From a virus (lineage: Duplodnaviria; Caudoviricetes), in IMG/VR virus record IMGVR_UViG_3300048574_000396, positions 1 through 43,535 of that record: a stretch of 43,535 nucleotides of DNA. One strand, written 5' to 3'. The translations under genes were made by a program, and so were the position numbers. Positions 7,721-16,241 of this stretch are shown here, in pieces (the first letter of the stretch is position 1; each line of letters starts with the position of its first letter). Under the pieces are notes generated by a model. It worked only from the letters and a program-made list of their open reading frames with translations, had not been told where the DNA came from and ran no database searches.

Positions 7721-8094
7721 ATCTCCTAAGGTTAAAATATTACGTTGATAAGTGCAAAATAAACAAAAAGGCTATACCATATTTAACGCGCTGATTAAAT
7801 GACACTATTGCATTTACGACCTTCAAGGATTGATATTGAAGACGGGGTAGGATCAATAAGGAACCCCCTGCCAGCCTATCGGCCAGAGGAAGTTTAGCGA
7901 TTACTACGAATAACTGGGATTGGGTGCAATTTTTGCTTTAATGAGTCTGTCGAGATCAACGTCGTAATCCTGCTCATCGTCAACATATACAGCATTACTG
8001 CTATCATTTCCTGCTTCTTCGTTGTCCATCATCGTGTTCTGGCAATTTATCGAGGACCTGCCGGATCAGCTGCCGGCGGTTCCCTCGTGTGTTC

Positions 8095-8310
8095 TCAAAG
8101 AATAACCCCTTCGTCGCCGCCGGGATGAAGCATCAGCAGCTTGCCGGTGGTCCTGAGCCGCGGCATCTCATTGGGGAACTGGTCACCCAGCGCCTCGATC
8201 CTGGCTACATCGTCGTCAATCAGTTTCTCGCCAAGCTTCCAAGCCGCCTGCTCATCGGCGCATTCCATTTCCTTAAGCACCTTTTTGAGCTTCGATTTCG
8301 GAATCGGCAA
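8095..8310 (-). CDS. Small hypothetical phage protein
   Basis: 71 aa; GGGAGGG RBS upstream; overlaps the 3' end of the MTase gene. Confidence 0.5.
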   Translation of the reverse strand: MPIPKSKLKKVLKEMECADEQAAWKLGEKLIDDDVARIEALGDQFPNEMPRLRTTGKLLMLHPGGDEGVIL

Positions 8311-9055
8311 AACAATCGTAATCCCTCCCTGCCTTTTCTAGCCGCTCCAAGGCGGCAGTGTAGTAGCTCCCGGATAACTCAATGCCCACCGCGTCATAGC
8401 CCTCCATCGCGGCCGCCAAGAGCGTCGTACCGCTGCCAGAGAATGGGTCCAGGATCACCCCACCGGGTTCACAGATCTGAACAATCTGGCGCATCAGGTC
8501 CAGTGGTTTCTGCGTCTGGTGTACTCGTTCCGGCCCGTGCTCCTGGGTATAGGTGAGCACGCCGGGCAGCACCCTCACGTTCCGGTCGACCGGCATGGGG
8601 CCGTTGCTGGCCCAGGCCACAAATTCTGCCTGTTGCCGGAAGCGGCCCTTTTGCGGACGGCTGGTGACCTTATCCCATACCGCTACACCCCGCCATGTCC
8701 ACCCCGCCCACTGGATTGCGTCGGTGAGGGCGGGCAGCTGCCGCCAGTCCGAGAAAACACATAGGGGAGCGCTCGGTATGCAGAGCGCACGGGCTTCACG
8801 GAGCCATTCTGACATCCATCGGGTCCAGCTGCGCTGGTCGAGACTGTCGCCTTCGAAATCAGGGTATGGGCAGCGTCCTTTGGTCGCCGTATATTTCCGT
8901 GCGGTACTTTGCTGTTTTCCTGTGAGACTACCGGCGCCACTGGAGTAGGGCGGGTCGGTGATGATTGCCGAGAAGGTATGGTGCATAGCCGGGAGCAACT
9001 TCAGGGCGTCACCGTTGAGAAGGTCAATTGAGTGGCTGTTGAGCGTAATAGTCAT
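8273..9055 (-). CDS. Orphan DNA amino-methyltransferase (N6A/N4C, beta class)
   Basis: 'ITDPPY' catalytic motif before 'HQTQKP' and 'ILDPFSGSGTT' SAM motif; GGAGG RBS before ATG 9055. Confidence 0.9.
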   Translation of the reverse strand: MTITLNSHSIDLLNGDALKLLPAMHHTFSAIITDPPYSSGAGSLTGKQQSTARKYTATKGRCPYPDFEGDSLDQRSWTRWMSEWLREARALCIPSAPLCVFSDWRQLPALTDAIQWAGWTWRGVAVWDKVTSRPQKGRFRQQAEFVAWASNGPMPVDRNVRVLPGVLTYTQEHGPERVHQTQKPLDLMRQIVQICEPGGVILDPFSGSGTTLLAAAMEGYDAVGIELSGSYYTAALERLEKAGRDYDCFADSEIEAQKGA

Positions 9056-9072
9056 GCTTGCCTCCGAAAAAT

Positions 9073-9117
9073 AGAACATGTGTTCTAATTATACCTCGTG
9101 CAAGGACAGTGAGGCAA
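9073..9117 (-). promoter_or_regulatory. Promoter with LexA box upstream of the MTase
   Basis: TTGCCT (9112-9117), 18 bp, TATAAT (9088-9093); AGAACATGTGTTCT at 9073-9086. Confidence 0.7.
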
Positions 9118-9131
9118 GCGAACGGGGGATT

Positions 9132-9160
9132 AAAAAACCGGCCAGCTTTGAGCTGGCCGG
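9132..9160 (-). terminator. Intrinsic terminator after the two-gene moron
   Basis: CCGGCCAGC-TTTGA-GCTGGCCGG stem; the adjacent A-run gives a U-tract on the minus strand. Confidence 0.75.
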
Positions 9161-9169
9161 CGGGTTTAT

Positions 9170-9679
9170 CTACTCGTCAAGACGATATTCACCTTGTGGA
9201 GCTTTCGGTTTCTTGCTAACGACAGGAGCAGGCGGTGTGTCTAGGGAAGCGGTTATTCGAAGGAGATAGTAGCCAGCTCCTATTGTGCTGATAGTATATG
9301 CGACAAGCAATCCCGCTCCATATGATAGGACCCAACCTTTTAGTAGGCCGGTTGTATCGACTGTTATTCCGGCGCATATGCAGAATATTATTAAAACCGC
9401 TCCGAGTATCAAGGATTCTGTATATCGGCACCTTAGTTCAGCCATTCCACCATCTTGTCGAATCTTTCGCATAATGGGACTTCCGCTAAGGCCCACTAGA
9501 ATCGAAACAGAAGTAAGAATGAATCCTGAAAATGTAGTCGCACAAACGATAATAGCATTTAGAACAAATTCAATGCGGCTCACATTGCACGAAGGATTGA
9601 AGTGAGATACAACGTAGTAAGCCGCTATCCCGAAGAAAACGGGAAGAGCGACCACAAATATAATCCATGGCCGTTTCAT
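9170..9679 (-). CDS. Multi-pass membrane protein (about 4 TM), second gene of an AT-rich moron
   Basis: Four hydrophobic segments; 23 bp downstream of 9703-10581. Confidence 0.75.
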   Translation of the reverse strand: MKRPWIIFVVALPVFFGIAAYYVVSHFNPSCNVSRIEFVLNAIIVCATTFSGFILTSVSILVGLSGSPIMRKIRQDGGMAELRCRYTESLILGAVLIIFCICAGITVDTTGLLKGWVLSYGAGLLVAYTISTIGAGYYLLRITASLDTPPAPVVSKKPKAPQGEYRLDE

Positions 9680-9702
9680 ATGGATCAGCGCCCCTTCGCG
9701 AA

Positions 9703-10581
9703 TTATCGATGATAGTCTTCGCAGAACTTCTCTTTTAGGGAAATAAACAATCTTTTGTGAGTAATTGGATTCTGCCGTGAGTACTCCATTTCAAACGTGT
9801 ATGATTCTATGTCGTCTAATAGGTCGATAGTATGTATTTCAACGTCTTCATTATCTGCCATACGGACCTCTAGTTTTTGTGCGCCTGCAGCGTATGCTTC
9901 TTTGATAAGCTCAGAGGCTTCATCAGCGTTAAGATAACCAGATTTCCTTCCAAAACCAATAGATATAGTTACGCTGCTTCCTTGGTATCTGTTAAAGACA
10001 CGCAGGATTCTTGAGAGGCGAGATTGGTTCTCAGAAGAATCCGAAAAATCTGGTTCGCACGTAAACACTACTTTTCTATATTTCTTTGTTGGTGTCATCT
10101 GGCCGATCCTACTCTTCGGGGCAATGGGCTTTAGTAGTATGCTGGTTTCTGCTGGGAGTAAATCTCCGATGTAAGTTCCTAGAGAGCTGAGCGAAATACC
10201 AAAAATGTTGCGCTGAACATAAAGTCTACAAGTAAATTCATCATACAGAGCTGTGATTGTCTCGGCAGGATACTTTCCTTCCTCTAGCTCAATAAGCTCA
10301 TATTCACCCTCTTCTGTGGCTATCCCGGGAAGCATCTTCTCCCTCAGCCTCAGAATTTGAAGCTCCCAGATTCGCTCTTTTTTATGTAATCGGCAAATGT
10401 GGAATCTATATTTATCTCCTCTGATCTCCTTTACAGTTCTAGAAACCGACGACGCCTCAATGGATGTAAAGAGATGGCTTAGGTCACAGGGAGTTTCATG
10501 CTGAACGGAATCTTCGTCTTTTTCGAGATAAAATGGGCGCATTTGGTCGAAACGCACATTTTTCTTGCTAACCACGCACAA
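9703..10581 (-). CDS. DUF6731-like soluble protein (moron)
   Basis: 'LRLRE..LPG....G....I.L......E....LYD.....L.VQRN' pattern recalled for this family; AT-rich; own promoter. Confidence 0.55.
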   Translation of the reverse strand: MCVVSKKNVRFDQMRPFYLEKDEDSVQHETPCDLSHLFTSIEASSVSRTVKEIRGDKYRFHICRLHKKERIWELQILRLREKMLPGIATEEGEYELIELEEGKYPAETITALYDEFTCRLYVQRNIFGISLSSLGTYIGDLLPAETSILLKPIAPKSRIGQMTPTKKYRKVVFTCEPDFSDSSENQSRLSRILRVFNRYQGSSVTISIGFGRKSGYLNADEASELIKEAYAAGAQKLEVRMADNEDVEIHTIDLLDDIESYTFEMEYSRQNPITHKRLFISLKEKFCEDYHR

Positions 10582-10608
10582 TCCCTCTCTTTTGTTCCAA
10601 TTACTGGG

Positions 10609-10637
10609 ATTGTAGCATTAAGTTATTCAAAAATCAA
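10609..10637 (-). promoter_or_regulatory. sigmaA promoter for the moron pair
   Basis: TTGATT (10632-10637), 17 bp, TACAAT (10609-10614) with extended TG. Confidence 0.6.
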
Positions 10638-10681
10638 TATTAATATTCCCCGCCAGCCTCTCGGCCAGCGGGGGTCGTGTA

Positions 10682-11182
10682 TCAGGTGATCAGGTTGGGC
10701 TGTTTCGCTGTCTCGAAGAACTCCTGGATAAGAGCGTTGACGATCGCCGGGTCAATGATGATTCCCTTGGTCTTTAGGAAATCAGTTGCCCCAGCCAGCT
10801 TCTCCGGGCCGTGCCCGGCCCCGTATGCCTTCTCCATCGCCGCCACAGCAACCCGGGTCCAGTAATCAATCCTGTCAAGCTGCTCGGCGGTCGTGACGGC
10901 TTTGAGCCAAGGGATGATGTATCTGGTGACGATCAGTGCCAGGACGCCCACGAACGCCTGCAGGAGCGGCGTGAAGTCAATCGGTGTCGGCGCACCACCC
11001 GGTTCAGTTTCCTGGGCCACCTCCGTGGCCGTCTGCACAATGGGCGCCTCCGTGGGCTCCAGTACGGCCGTCTGGCCGGTGTCGGGTGGCGCTGCGGCAG
11101 ATGCCTCAGCAGCCGCGAGCAGGGGCACAGAGAGGCACAGAGCGACCAGGAAAACCAAGATCAGTGCGAAGAGCTTCTTCAT
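10682..11182 (-). CDS. Holin, LL-H-like family, with N-terminal signal-peptide-like extension
   Basis: C-half 'IIPWLK...QL..I..W..VAV.A.E..YG.G.G.EK' typical of LL-H holins; located in the lysis cassette. Confidence 0.7.
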   Translation of the reverse strand: MKKLFALILVFLVALCLSVPLLAAAEASAAAPPDTGQTAVLEPTEAPIVQTATEVAQETEPGGAPTPIDFTPLLQAFVGVLALIVTRYIIPWLKAVTTAEQLDRIDYWTRVAVAAMEKAYGAGHGPEKLAGATDFLKTKGIIIDPAIVNALIQEFFETAKQPNLIT

Positions 11183-11460
11183 GGGGTTTCCTCCTTCGTT
11201 TTTTGTCCGTGGTCATAACGTAGGTGATCATCGAGTCGCTTGTGGGCCGCTTTACAGCTGGCATCCAAAGCGGTGATCGCAGTGGATTGGGCGGGAACGC
11301 AGTCGACGGTCTTCTTGATGTACTCAATGTCGACCTGCATCTTGGTGAGGGTGGCGGTCTTGTCGTCGCCTTTGCCCTTCAAAGTGAAGACCGCGACCAG
11401 GAGCGTCAGCGGCGCTCCCAGGGCTTGCATGATCTGAGTGAACGCGGCCAGCGGATCCAT
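11179..11460 (-). CDS. Lysis-cassette membrane protein (holin/XhlA-like, TM plus coiled coil)
   Basis: N-term TM followed by coiled coil and 'AAHKRLD'; overlaps both neighbours. Confidence 0.55.
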   Translation of the reverse strand: MDPLAAFTQIMQALGAPLTLLVAVFTLKGKGDDKTATLTKMQVDIEYIKKTVDCVPAQSTAITALDASCKAAHKRLDDHLRYDHGQKTKEETP

Positions 11461-12449
11461 CAGCCGACCACCTCCGCCATCCTGGCGCTGATCCACGCGT
11501 CCTGATCCTTGTAGCGGACTCCGAACCAGCCCTCCGAATCGTCGCCGGTGCGCGTGAGCTTCTCATCGCGCTTCACCGTGCCCAGGCTCTTGGAGTTGGT
11601 GCCCGGCCCCTTGCGGACATTCGCGGTCACCGACGCGATCACCAGCACTTCACCCGCGCCCGGCGCGGTCTCCTGGGCGAGGATGCGGCTGAGCGTCACT
11701 TCGTCCGCCTGTCCGGTCACCGGCAGGCCCCTGTCCTTCTGGAAGGCTGCGACGGCCTTCTGTGTTTCTTCGCCGTACTGACCGTCCGCGCCCCACCCGG
11801 GCAGCTCGTACCCCTGCGCCAGAAGCGCCTGCTGCATCGTCCGCACGTCGTTGTTCTTCATGCCGACCGACAGCGAGGTGCGCGTGGTGGGGTTGGCGTC
11901 GTCTTCCGGATTATCTGCCACGTCATCCGCGATGAAGCGAACGACCTTGATCAGGCCCTTGTTGCCCCGGGCGGTCTTCGTTTCCGCAGCCTGCCTGGAC
12001 CGGCAGTACGACACCATGTCATGAGTTTTCGGATGACCGCCGCCGTGGCCGAACAGCGTCACTTTACCGCCCTTGATGGCGTACACCATTTCCACATGGC
12101 CAACATATCCGGCGTAGGCCCTGGAACTATCGGTGCCAGCATAAAGCAACAGATCGCCCACGCGAAGCGCGCTAATGTCCGTGGGCACGCCGTTTTTGAT
12201 CGCGCAGTTCACGGCGACGGCCGCCTTATTCAGGTAGATCCCCACCGTGTTCCCGCCGATGTTGTTCAAGCCGATGCTTGCCCGTTCGTACATCTTCCTG
12301 ACGGAAGAACTGCAGTCCGAGTAATACTTACCGTCCTTGTATTTCACAAAGACGCATTCCCGCCGCACCGAGTCCTGCGAGTAGTTGTTCCGCCCGATGA
12401 TCGGTTCCGCTTGAGTTGCCACTTTCGCCCGCTTTTCCTCCGCAGTCAT
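11460..12449 (-). CDS. Endolysin: NlpC/P60-like peptidase + PG_binding_1 + SH3b
   Basis: 'YSDCSS', 'GDLL', 'GHVE' catalytic motifs; 'ADGQYGEETQKAVAAFQ...GL.VTG' PG-binding domain; 'ANVRKGPGT...GW..V.Y' SH3. Confidence 0.9.
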   Translation of the reverse strand: MTAEEKRAKVATQAEPIIGRNNYSQDSVRRECVFVKYKDGKYYSDCSSSVRKMYERASIGLNNIGGNTVGIYLNKAAVAVNCAIKNGVPTDISALRVGDLLLYAGTDSSRAYAGYVGHVEMVYAIKGGKVTLFGHGGGHPKTHDMVSYCRSRQAAETKTARGNKGLIKVVRFIADDVADNPEDDANPTTRTSLSVGMKNNDVRTMQQALLAQGYELPGWGADGQYGEETQKAVAAFQKDRGLPVTGQADEVTLSRILAQETAPGAGEVLVIASVTANVRKGPGTNSKSLGTVKRDEKLTRTGDDSEGWFGVRYKDQDAWISARMAEVVG

Positions 12450-12509
12450 TCGTTTCCCCTCCTTTGTATAGGTCGATTGTATAGGTCGATCTTTCCTCCA
12501 CCCGATACC

Positions 12510-13505
12510 CTACGCCGCCGCGTCCGCGTGCTTCCACCCGCTGCCTGTATACGTGACAACGACAGACGCGCCGTCGCTGGTGACGATGTTCGCGCCGCCT
12601 GCACCGGTAATCTGGATAGGTGCAACGGAAGAGGTGACGGGCGTGGCGAGCTGGTAGAGCACCTGCATGGGCGTTCCGGCGGTATTCCACGCGGCGAGAA
12701 GCGCGTTGAAGGCGCTGGTTTTCTGCGCATACGACCATGCATCTGACCAACCCGTCATCCGGGTTTTTAGTACAAAGATAATAAATTGATTCGTTCCCGG
12801 ATTAGAGCAGCAGCACTCGACGCTTGTGTCGTTTGGAACACCCGTAACCCAAGGGAACATAGAGCATAAACAAACCGCTGCGTTTGCCGCGCCTTCGTTC
12901 CCTATCGCGAATCTAGCGAATAGGGTATTGGTTGGCTGCGTCCCGGAAAGCCCAAAGTCGGCGCTGTATGTCGCCAGGGCGGTTCGACGCGTTACATGCC
13001 CGTCGTTGCCGATCTCGTCCTCATATCCCACCAAGCCGTAGATCGGAGTAGCCGGTGTAAGCGTGCGGTCTGTGCCATTCACAGTGGCCTTGACCGATGC
13101 CTTCCCGCTGATCGCCCGAATATTCGCAGGCGACGGCGTGCCGCTGCCTGCTTGAGAAGCGATGGTTTTGACCGTCACGCCGAGCGCCGGATTATCATCC
13201 CGTAAGTCCTGGATCGTCACGGATGCGCCGGACTTCGAGGCCGCGTAGCTGCGGGCGTTACTCGTCCCCAAACCGGTCCACTCCAAAAGCTCATCGGGCG
13301 AAGGCGTGGTGTACCGCCAAAGCTTACCGACTGCGGGAGACACGGGCGGGTTTACCCCCGTGTGCAGGGTGTTGATCAGCGGGATCAGGGCCGCCAGGCC
13401 GTCGATTTTCGTGCCAGGTGGAACGGTCACGCCCATCGCGGCAATCGCGGCGGCGATGGCCGTTTTCGCGTTCGCAATGCGAGTAAGGTCCGTTGCGATA
13501 CCCAT
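12510..13505 (-). CDS. Tail fibre / receptor-binding protein
   Basis: N-term 'AK.AIAAAI...GVTVP..TK' fibre motif, 'GTPSP.N.R.I.G', 'VLYQLATP'; position after the baseplate genes. Confidence 0.65.
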   Translation of the reverse strand: MGIATDLTRIANAKTAIAAAIAAMGVTVPPGTKIDGLAALIPLINTLHTGVNPPVSPAVGKLWRYTTPSPDELLEWTGLGTSNARSYAASKSGASVTIQDLRDDNPALGVTVKTIASQAGSGTPSPANIRAISGKASVKATVNGTDRTLTPATPIYGLVGYEDEIGNDGHVTRRTALATYSADFGLSGTQPTNTLFARFAIGNEGAANAAVCLCSMFPWVTGVPNDTSVECCCSNPGTNQFIIFVLKTRMTGWSDAWSYAQKTSAFNALLAAWNTAGTPMQVLYQLATPVTSSVAPIQITGAGGANIVTSDGASVVVTYTGSGWKHADAAA

Positions 13506-13517
13506 TTTTCTACCTCC

Positions 13518-14312
13518 TCACATCGCCGCCAACTGGGCCGCAAGCCCCTCGATCGCGGCCAGGTCCGCGTAAAAATTCGCCTGCGTACCCGCGTATCCGC
13601 CCGCCTGTGCCGCTGCGAAGGCGGTTTGCCCCTGCGGGCCCTGAATCGCGCCGAGGTTCGTCCATGCTCCCGCATCGACGTCCCACACGTACACTTCATT
13701 TTCGACCCCGGTGCCAATCGCGTACGCGTCTCCAGACATCCCAACCGGATGACTGTCCTCCAGGGCAGCCAGCGTTGGGTACAACCCTTTGATGTGGATG
13801 CCTGCGAAGCTCCGGGCGTATTCCGCAGCCGCCTCCGCCTGCTGCGCGGCGCTGTTCGCTGCTGCGGAAGCGGCGCTCATAGCGGCGATTTGCGCCAGCA
13901 GATCGTCGATCCCCGGGATTACGTCGCCATCGTCGATGATCCCGCCCGTAACCGGATCGCCAATGCTGATGATCTTCTCCAGGAGCGTGACGGGGCCACG
14001 TGAAGGACCGGTGATGCGGAACACGCACCGAACCTTTCCTTTGACTGCATAGCAGCTTTGGGTCATCAGGAAGCTGCAGACGTTCCCGCTGATGTCGCCG
14101 AGGATAAATACCCGGTTGCCGTCCTCACGGATGAAGTTTGCGGACGCAGTAGCGCCGGAAAGATCGGTAGGATCGTTTCCTTCGAGCACTTCAATCTGCC
14201 ATGTGTGGGCTTTGTCGTCGCCAGGTAGCGCCAGCACGGTCGGCAGAACAAGCGGCCCACGGCCTATACCTTCCGCAAGATCTACCTGGAAGGGTAGCAT
14301 CCAGTTGTCCAT
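13518..14312 (-). CDS. Upper baseplate protein (BppU/DUF2479-like)
   Basis: 'DLSGAT.SANFIREDG' BppU-type N-term, Ala-rich coil, 'GDAY..G...VYVW....W.NLG.IQGPQG'. Confidence 0.7.
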   Translation of the reverse strand: MDNWMLPFQVDLAEGIGRGPLVLPTVLALPGDDKAHTWQIEVLEGNDPTDLSGATASANFIREDGNRVFILGDISGNVCSFLMTQSCYAVKGKVRCVFRITGPSRGPVTLLEKIISIGDPVTGGIIDDGDVIPGIDDLLAQIAAMSAASAAANSAAQQAEAAAEYARSFAGIHIKGLYPTLAALEDSHPVGMSGDAYAIGTGVENEVYVWDVDAGAWTNLGAIQGPQGQTAFAAAQAGGYAGTQANFYADLAAIEGLAAQLAAM

Positions 14313-14322
14313 CGTATCCCCC

Positions 14323-14943
14323 CTATGCGATCCTGAACAGATTCGCGTTCAGGTCCTCGCAGGTATTTTCATTGGACAAACTCCTCGTGATGCCGAAGGT
14401 AATTACATCCCCGACCGCGAGCGTGGCCAGCGCATATCCGCAGACCCTTTGGCCGATTGGACTGGTCTTGTTGGTGTACATCCTGGCGATCTCGCTGATC
14501 AAGGCTCCGTTTTTCAGCCACCTCAGCACAGCGTCCGTGTTCGTCAGAAATGCGTCGCAGATTAGTAAGTACGTGCCCGCAACCAGGCACGTCAGCCCTG
14601 TGTCCGAATCCACGCTGAAAAGGGGCGTGTACCGTTGATAGCCGATGGTGTAGCCCGTGAACAGCGTGCCAATTCCGGTGCTCGCGGCGCGCGCAAAGCA
14701 TAAATTCTGAGAGGATTCGATCTGGGTAATTCCGGCGTTCGCCGCAGTCTGAAGGGCCAGCGCGCTGGTCTGCGCCGTACTCAGGTTGGCGTTTTTCTGC
14801 GTGATGTCGGCGTCCTGGGCGGCCAGCGCGCTCGCATTCGAGGATGCCTTCGCGTCGGACTCCTGCACGCCGGTTTCCAGGTTGTTCAGCGCGGCGGCGG
14901 TCGGCTTGTCACCCATGCCCCACGTTTTTCGGATGTATGCCAT
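14323..14943 (-). CDS. Short tail fibre/spike paralog 3 (C1q/TNF-like head)
   Basis: N-term 'Y.RKTW..G....AAALNNLE.GV'; C-term 'AGTYLL...KNG...LAVGDVI'. Confidence 0.6.
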   Translation of the reverse strand: MAYIRKTWGMGDKPTAAALNNLETGVQESDAKASSNASALAAQDADITQKNANLSTAQTSALALQTAANAGITQIESSQNLCFARAASTGIGTLFTGYTIGYQRYTPLFSVDSDTGLTCLVAGTYLLICDAFLTNTDAVLRWLKNGALISEIARMYTNKTSPIGQRVCGYALATLAVGDVITFGITRSLSNENTCEDLNANLFRIA

Positions 14944-14953
14944 GCTGATCACC

Positions 14954-15586
14954 TCATGCGATTTTCCGGATCGCGATCATACCGTTACTCCCTGAGATCG
15001 AGATGCCTCCGCCGCCGTACAGGACTACCCGCATGCCGATCTGATACCCGACTGCGAGCGTCAGAACCGCCATATCGGACACCGTGAAAACGCTCCGATA
15101 GCCGCTCCCTCCGCCGCCATACATCAGCACCAGCGTTTGCCCGTCCAGCCGGTGTAACTCGGCATCCGACGCAATCAGCCTCGCCGACCGGAGTATCTGG
15201 TACGTGCCCGCCTGAAGGATTTCGATGTTCCCGCTGTTGTTCTTGCACTGAGCGGAATTGATGGCGCGCGTCGTGAATCCGGAGAAATCCCGGGTGACAG
15301 ACGCTGCAGTGGATGCCGCCGCAGTGGCGCCATCGAAAAGGCTCCAGCTGTCCACCAGAATGCCCGGCGGCGCGACCTGCGACAGAATCGTATTGCCGTT
15401 GGCGACGTTGGCATTGATCTGGCCGATCGCGTTTCCAACGTCGGTCAGCGCCAGAGCAGTATCGCCGCCAGCCGTTTCGTGGGCGCCGTTCAAAAGGTTC
15501 AGGCTCTCGATTGCGCCCTCCATCTTGTTCAGACGCTCAATCGAAAGCCTGCTGCCCGCTGCCCAGGTAGTTTTTATGTACGGCAT
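14954..15586 (-). CDS. Short tail fibre/spike paralog 2 (C1q/TNF-like head)
   Basis: N-term 'YIKTTW..G....IERLNKMEGAI'; C-term 'AGTYQI...LAVGYQI'. Confidence 0.6.
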   Translation of the reverse strand: MPYIKTTWAAGSRLSIERLNKMEGAIESLNLLNGAHETAGGDTALALTDVGNAIGQINANVANGNTILSQVAPPGILVDSWSLFDGATAAASTAASVTRDFSGFTTRAINSAQCKNNSGNIEILQAGTYQILRSARLIASDAELHRLDGQTLVLMYGGGGSGYRSVFTVSDMAVLTLAVGYQIGMRVVLYGGGGISISGSNGMIAIRKIA

Positions 15587-15595
15587 GTTACCCTC

Positions 15596-16240
15596 CTACA
15601 GCCTCCGGACGGTCGCCTTGAACGCCCACACGGACGCACCGCTGGCCAGTTCAAATCCGAAGTGGATCTGCGCCCCGGCCTCTAGATAGCGCACCACATT
15701 GGCGCTGACAATGGCGATTTCTTGTGCAAAGGAAACGTCCGGGTAGTTGATCAGCTTGATCCGCTCGAAGGATACGCCGTTTTTGTAGATCCTCATGGTC
15801 GCTTCCGGCCCGTAGATCGACATGTTGAACTGGAACATGTAGTATCCGGCCATCGTGACTTTGAAAGCGGAGGAACTTACGGATTGATAGGGGAAGCTCC
15901 CTATGGTGTACCTGCTGGACCCGTTCAGGATCACCGCCGACCCGGGACCAACGGCTGTTCCCCCCGTCAGCACCAGCATCGAATTCCGAGCATTGAACAC
16001 GTTCTGCGCCTGCGTAGCCAATGCCAGATACCCCGCCGATGCCGCCGCTTTCGCCTGTGCATCCGTCCTGAGCGCCTGGGCATGCCTATAAACAGAGTTG
16101 GCGTTCGCCGCATCGTAGCCCGCCCCGGTCGTTTCCGCCTGCGCTACGGCCGCCCGGATGCCCTCCTCCGCGTTGTTCAACCACCCAGGCGCGTCGGCGC
16201 CGCTCTGGCCGTTTGCCCAATTGTGCTTGGTATAGCTCAT
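15596..16240 (-). CDS. Short tail fibre/spike paralog 1 (C1q/TNF-like head)
   Basis: N-term 'YTKHNW.NG.....WLNNAEEGI'; C-term 'FKVTMAGYYMF...IYKNG...YLEAGAQI'. Confidence 0.6.
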   Translation of the reverse strand: MSYTKHNWANGQSGADAPGWLNNAEEGIRAAVAQAETTGAGYDAANANSVYRHAQALRTDAQAKAAASAGYLALATQAQNVFNARNSMLVLTGGTAVGPGSAVILNGSSRYTIGSFPYQSVSSSAFKVTMAGYYMFQFNMSIYGPEATMRIYKNGVSFERIKLINYPDVSFAQEIAIVSANVVRYLEAGAQIHFGFELASGASVWAFKATVRRL

Positions 16241-16241
16241 A

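Noticed and set aside
7904-8032. 42-aa acidic ORF on the minus strand (possible DNA mimic or anti-defence peptide)
   Set aside because: No recognisable RBS and very short; cannot be distinguished from a gene remnant
8273-9055. Restriction-modification system
   Set aside because: No adjacent endonuclease; both MTases appear to be orphan phage enzymes
12510-16240. Diversity-generating retroelement or invertible shufflon acting on the fibre genes
   Set aside because: No reverse transcriptase, no TR/VR repeat pair noticed, and no invertase or inverted crossover repeats
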